This document shows, one piece after another, positions 59,614 to 64,000 of a stretch of DNA of 64,000 bases. A program made the position numbers and the translations under genes. The stretch spans positions 1 to 64,000 of the forward strand of contig CAXXSM010000110.1 in NCBI GenBank assembly GCA_963663405.2, written 5' to 3'. How positions within the stretch are numbered: position 1 is the stretch's first letter; every line of letters starts with the position of its first letter. The DNA comes from a bacterium (GTDB lineage: Bacteria; Hinthialibacterota; Hinthialibacteria; Hinthialibacterales; Hinthialibacteraceae). The notes under the pieces were generated by a model. The model did not search any database. It saw only the letters and a program-made list of their open reading frames with translations, and was not told the DNA's origin.

Positions 59614-60498
59614 TTAATGCGTTTTTTCAATTCGATTCGCTTGCAATCCTTTCACGAAAGCGACCAATTCAACCATCGAGGCAATCCATTGAACGTTTGA
59701 GAACAAAGGAAACCTTATGCTTTCCGCCTCTTTTCCACCAATGATTAATTTTATTCCAAACTGGTTAGAGAACGCAGCCAGTTCTTCGATCACCCCGTGC
59801 AATTTCATTCCATGCTTTTTATAACTGATACTTAGCCACACCAGAGCGAGTTGGTATTGTTCTATCGCCGTGTAAAAGACTTCGAAGGGAGTATTCGGTC
59901 CATAATTGATGGACCTCATCCCTTCCGACGCAAGTACCGCCGCCACTGATAGAGAAGGTAAGAAATATGGATCTCCCGGTGGCGCTCCTCCCAGAGCGAT
60001 CGGCGCATCGTGTTCAGGCCTGAAGATCGCTCGAATTCGATTCAACACATCCAAACATATATCCGTCGCCCGATGTTCCAAACCGATTCCCGCTTCTTCA
60101 TGCCGCCATAATTCACCGATTCGTGACATGGATTGTCGAATAGGGCCATCACAGATTTCGGCTACACTCTGACCATTCAAATAGAGATAGATCAAAAGCG
60201 CTCTGACTTGCTCCGTCTGTCCTTCGAGTAAAAACTCATACAATCGATCCGGGGCGGATTCTTTTGTTACTGGATCACCGGTGAGATAGGCGAGATCTGG
60301 AAACCCGAGTATTTCTGGTTTCACTAAAGGAATTCGCTGCGCGCGGATAAACTGAATCGCTGTGTCTACCTCGATCTTGCGATGTCCGCCCTCCGTTTTA
60401 TCCGCACGGATCTTACCATTGTCCATCCAGCGTTTGATCGAGGATTCGCTTAAATCGATGGCTTGGGATAAATCTTTTGGTGAGAGATAAAAATTCAC
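59614..60498 (-). CDS. CarH/LitR-like regulator (MerR-type HTH plus B12-binding-like domains)
   Basis: SESSIKRW...TEGGHR, IGELW-x9-EH, Rossmann-like GPNTP...VWLS...IIGG. Probable GTG start at 60498 with AAAGGA RBS. Confidence 0.82.
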   Translation of the reverse strand: MNFYLSPKDLSQAIDLSESSIKRWMDNGKIRADKTEGGHRKIEVDTAIQFIRAQRIPLVKPEILGFPDLAYLTGDPVTKESAPDRLYEFLLEGQTEQVRALLIYLYLNGQSVAEICDGPIRQSMSRIGELWRHEEAGIGLEHRATDICLDVLNRIRAIFRPEHDAPIALGGAPPGDPYFLPSLSVAAVLASEGMRSINYGPNTPFEVFYTAIEQYQLALVWLSISYKKHGMKLHGVIEELAAFSNQFGIKLIIGGKEAESIRFPLFSNVQWIASMVELVAFVKGLQANRIEKTH

Positions 60499-60549
60499 CG
60501 TTTCAATCCTTTGGGCGCGTTCAATTCCATACGTCAAATCAAAATCATT

Positions 60550-60750
60550 GATAAAGAATTGGCTTCGACACTTTAAATTACCCATGTTCCCACTCTGTTT
60601 GTATATCGGCAAGGAATCTTGCTCTACATTCAGCCCGGTTCATTCACCGAGGAACAGTTATCGGACATCATCCACCAAGCAGAATTTTTCGATATCGATC
60701 TTGTGCGTTCAGAAATTGAGTATGAAAAAACGGTTAAAATATGCGCTTGA
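60550..60750 (+). pseudogene. Thioredoxin C-terminal remnant
   Basis: DKELASTL*ITHVPTLFVYRQGILLYIQPGSFTEEQLSDII...DIDLVRSEI. In-frame TAA, no WCxxC N-terminus. Confidence 0.55.
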
Positions 60751-60856
60751 TGTAAGGCGTTTTTTATGAGTTATCATTGCCCTTTACTGTTTTCATAAGG
60801 ATTAAAGAGCGAACATCTTGTACGTCAAATCATATAACACAATTTGAAGGTTTATC

Positions 60857-61021
60857 ATGAACAACACAGTTAAACGAGAAATCAATTTGCAGTGGATCAA
60901 GGCCGATTCGGGAACAACGTATCTGTGTCCTTTAGGCGCGCTTAGTAGAATCGACATTCTCAGTGGAGATGTTCTGCAGAAAATGTGCGTAGACGAATCC
61001 AAGAATCCTCAGAAAAACTAA
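60857..61021 (+). CDS. 54-aa hypothetical protein absent from the ORF track
   Basis: MNNTVKREINLQWIKADSGTTYLCPLG...MCVDESKNPQKN with RBS GAAGG. Confidence 0.6.
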   Translation: MNNTVKREINLQWIKADSGTTYLCPLGALSRIDILSGDVLQKMCVDESKNPQKN

Positions 61022-61188
61022 GGGTCAAGTTTCCTGCATCCGTCTCTAGCGGGCAGTCATAAATTGGGCGTCCATCTTACAAAGAAGACGCTCTTTCATC
61101 TCCCTCCTGCCCCAGTTTCTTCAGCACCAACCGCGTGTCTTTTTTCCCTATTGAGTGTTGTTGAATTCCTCCGTATTCGAGAAAGAGA

Positions 61189-61707
61189 TTACCCATTTTC
61201 CTGAGGTATCCATTCATGGACCACCTGAAAACTAGATACATGGAAATACCGGATGATTTGTATGCGGAATAATGCGGTGGAGGATGAATATACAAATGTC
61301 TTCAAATGCGGGTGTTTAGAAATTAGAACGTTCGCCCAATAATTGAATGCCTTTTGCTCGTCAACTTGAATCGCTCTACCAGTGGCTGTAATGGCTTCAA
61401 TCTCCATCATATTGTCGATTTTTTGGGCTCGATTATCGATCAAGAGCGCAACGTGATCACAATTACAAAGTAAGTGATATTTACGCGTTGAAACAGGAGT
61501 GCCGAAGACAATCTGAGTAAGATCGTCCGTCGTTGCGAACGCGATAAGGGAACCATAAGGTTGACCTTCACCTTGCGTGCATAACACTCCATACAGTTGA
61601 TCCGTCAATAATTTACGAATTTGTTTAGGAATAGAGGAGGATTCCTTAGAAACATGAAAACCAAAAGAACTTTCGTTTTTCATAATTGGTTCATCAGTAT
61701 TCTTCAT
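61189..61707 (-). CDS. Pyridoxamine 5'-phosphate oxidase-like FMN-binding protein
   Basis: YGVLCTQGEGQPYGSLIAF, TRKY, VALLIDNR. Confidence 0.85.
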   Translation of the reverse strand: MKNTDEPIMKNESSFGFHVSKESSSIPKQIRKLLTDQLYGVLCTQGEGQPYGSLIAFATTDDLTQIVFGTPVSTRKYHLLCNCDHVALLIDNRAQKIDNMMEIEAITATGRAIQVDEQKAFNYWANVLISKHPHLKTFVYSSSTALFRIQIIRYFHVSSFQVVHEWIPQENG

Positions 61708-61887
61708 GTTAAAAACCTACGCTGCTTCCAATCGATTCTATTCAGGAAAGAAACGGCAATAATTCAATAGTAAAAATAGATATCCCCTCGTTATAAGGCG
61801 CTGATTCATATGTCATGCACAGTATCGAGGTATGTTCGGTCATGCAAGGCCTTTTGGATTGCCCCATTAGAATTCGAAATACTTTTT

Positions 61888-62232
61888 CTATCGATTTACT
61901 CCGAATTCGTTAATATCTAATTTGAATTCTTTCCCATCGCTAACGATCAATTTGTTATCTTCAGTGTTTACATAGACCAAATCTTCAATCGATACGGTTT
62001 CAGGAATCACATTCATGATGTAACCACTATCACCAATCGTCACCAGTTTCACTCGTTTATCACTTTTACGTACAAATTCGTTCCGGGTGCTATCGAATAC
62101 ATAGACGTATCCCTCAAGACGCGCGTTGCGTTCAGTCGTGTCTTTCACTTCACCCGCAAAATGACGGCGAACCTCTCCCTCAAACAATCGGCGCGTGATC
62201 ACATGAATTTTTTCACCAACTTTGAGCAGCAT
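61888..62232 (-). CDS. Conserved hypothetical protein
   Basis: RBS AGGAGGT. RRLFEGEVRRHFAGEV. Confidence 0.8.
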   Translation of the reverse strand: MLLKVGEKIHVITRRLFEGEVRRHFAGEVKDTTERNARLEGYVYVFDSTRNEFVRKSDKRVKLVTIGDSGYIMNVIPETVSIEDLVYVNTEDNKLIVSDGKEFKLDINEFGVNR

Positions 62233-62352
62233 AAATGGCTACCTCCTAGGATCAAAGAATCCAATCCAATCTAGTTGAATATGTATAGTAGATAATATTG
62301 ATCAAACAAGATTTATATTTTTTTTCATAATACTAAAAAATGTTACTTGAGA

Positions 62353-62994
62353 TTATCCTTCCGGTGTTTTGATCCCCTTGGTTTCAGCCGATTCTAGATT
62401 ATGTTTGTTTTTATCTGGATCTAAAAAGGTCGCCAATTTCTCAAGACCGAAATAATAGACCATCAAGATTAACAAAATTAAGAAAAAGGAAATCGCGATT
62501 TCATAGGATAATCCCATTTGCATGGCTTTTTCGAGCAAGGTCGTCGAAAAAACCCCGATTAATAGTGATATCCACAAGGCTTTAACTCCTGCAAGTTTGG
62601 ATTTTGCTGAATGACTGTTACGGCCAGTAATAATGGAGGTGATATAGTTGTTTAATCCCAAAATTAAAACGAATGGCAAGGGAGCTAACATCAATAACTC
62701 CAAGCCTAGTACTACACGTTTTAATAAGATTCGCATTTCGTTATTTTCTGATTTTAACGCAAAAAAATCACTGGAAAAATTAAACAGTGAATTTGTAGTG
62801 AAGTGAATAATTGAGAGGAAAAAATCAGTAAACGCTAGTAACATCAATATACCCATGACCGCGAATGAAATATAGGCCGCGATGCTCATAGGATAGTGGA
62901 TGAGTTTTGATAAGACATTTATGGAACCGGCATCTTTTGAAATCTCTTTTGATTCTTCTCCATTCATGGTCTTTTCATTTTGTTTTGTTAACAT
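62353..62994 (-). CDS. Four-TM membrane protein
   Basis: Four hydrophobic segments. Confidence 0.7.
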   Translation of the reverse strand: MLTKQNEKTMNGEESKEISKDAGSINVLSKLIHYPMSIAAYISFAVMGILMLLAFTDFFLSIIHFTTNSLFNFSSDFFALKSENNEMRILLKRVVLGLELLMLAPLPFVLILGLNNYITSIITGRNSHSAKSKLAGVKALWISLLIGVFSTTLLEKAMQMGLSYEIAISFFLILLILMVYYFGLEKLATFLDPDKNKHNLESAETKGIKTPEG

Positions 62995-63460
62995 CGATAT
63001 CCTCTGTATGAAAACTAGAAAATTAAATTTATTGATAATAATTGTATCATTTTAAATGAAATTTTGAACCGTATATTAGAAAATAATTAATAATTGCATT
63101 CTGAGGATTGTTTAGGTCTCTTCAATTTGAAGTGTATCTTTAATTGGTATTAAACGAGATATATTTAAAAAAAAGAAAATAATAAGTAACAAAAGTGTTT
63201 GTCCGAAAAAAGCGTAACGTGAAACAGTTAAAGCGCTAAAATGTATGAAAATAGTATACATGCCTCTTATGGTTTACGAAAAAAATAAGAGTAATTTAGT
63301 ATCATATGGACCAAAGGAATGTGTTGAATCAATAAAAAATATCTTGTTTTTTTTGTTTTGCTTTATATACTTCCCAATCAAGTAAATTGATTTAAAAATT
63401 GTAATTCAATTATCACGTATTGTTTTTTTATTGTAAAATATTTTGAGAGGAGATACCAAT

Positions 63461-64000
63461 ATGGAGAGGCTTTTAAATCGTCATTGGCACCATATTTCGA
63501 TTGAACAGCTTGCGAATTTAGTCGAAACCGATCTGCAAAAAGGATTATCCAATATTGAAGTTACAAGACGTCAAGGTTTATTTGGTCCAAACGTAGTCTC
63601 CGCTCAGAAAAAAATGGGCCCTATTAAACGTTTTATACTCCAGTTTCACCAACCACTTGTTTACGTTCTTCTGGCCGCAGGATTTGTGACCTTTTTTTTA
63701 AAGGAATGGATAGACGCTGTTGTAATTTTAGCAGTAGTAGTTATAAATGCCATTATCGGTTTTATCCAAGAATCCAAAGCCGAAAAAGCTATTGAATCAT
63801 TAAGAGAGATGGTAACGACTGAAGCGACCGTCTTTCGTGCTGGAAAAAAAACACGGATTCCATCAAGAGAGATCGTTCCAGGTGATCTCGTGTTGTTGCA
63901 ATCCGGGGATAAAGTACCTGCGGATATGCGGCTATCGCAAGTACGAGAATTGAAGATCGATGAATCAGCCTTAACCGGTGAATCGGTTTCGGTTCAAAAA
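63461..64000 (+). CDS. P-type cation-transporting ATPase (type II), 5' partial
   Basis: MERLLNRHWHH...GLS...FGPN...QFHQPLVYVLL...GFIQESKAE...VPGDLV...GDKVPADMRL...IDESALTGES. RBS GAGGAG. Confidence 0.92.
   Translation, partial: MERLLNRHWHHISIEQLANLVETDLQKGLSNIEVTRRQGLFGPNVVSAQKKMGPIKRFILQFHQPLVYVLLAAGFVTFFLKEWIDAVVILAVVVINAIIGFIQESKAEKAIESLREMVTTEATVFRAGKKTRIPSREIVPGDLVLLQSGDKVPADMRLSQVRELKIDESALTGESVSVQK

Noticed and set aside
63000-63460. Very AT-rich intergenic stretch as a special element
   Set aside because: It has no repeats or stable structure and is consistent with an ordinary divergent promoter region.

Overview
This is a bacterial window. The pilin and C-terminal sorting-type motifs loosely suggest a Sumerlaeota/Hinthialibacterota/PVC-like host (inference only). 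Scattered homopolymer frameshifts look like long-read errors. About 1-48 kb is accessory or mobile DNA, in this order: (1) a TerY-P (vWA x2, PP2C, kinase) defence/stress operon; (2) a c-di-GMP-I riboswitch-controlled repeat adhesin/fibre gene with an S74 chaperone domain; (3) an RtcR/CARF-type sigma54 activator divergent from a sigma54-promoted operon, JAB - E2 - E1(ThiF) - HerA-like ATPase - two coiled-coil proteins - WD40 - Ser/Thr kinase-TPR, with no recognisable ubiquitin-like modifier or CD-NTase; (4) two copies of a covarying Y-shaped hairpin element flanking a strongly strand-skewed region; (5) an ECF sigma/FecR/pilin/beta-propeller block with a repeated ECF-type promoter; (6) an integrative-element core (Replic_Relax relaxase, HerA/VirD4-like ATPase, ArdC, CobS/CobT-like pair, tyrosine integrase) that encodes an archaeal-type Orc1/Cdc6 initiator beside an origin-like region containing both mini-ORB-like repeats and DnaA boxes. 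About 48.6-64 kb looks chromosomal: a glycoside hydrolase, a C30 carotenoid cluster lacking crtM, CIA30, TspO, a CarH-like regulator and a partial P-type ATPase. The best candidates for new biology are the Ubl-less E1/E2/JAB operon, the Cdc6/ORB/DnaA hybrid replicon and the duplicated Y-shaped element.
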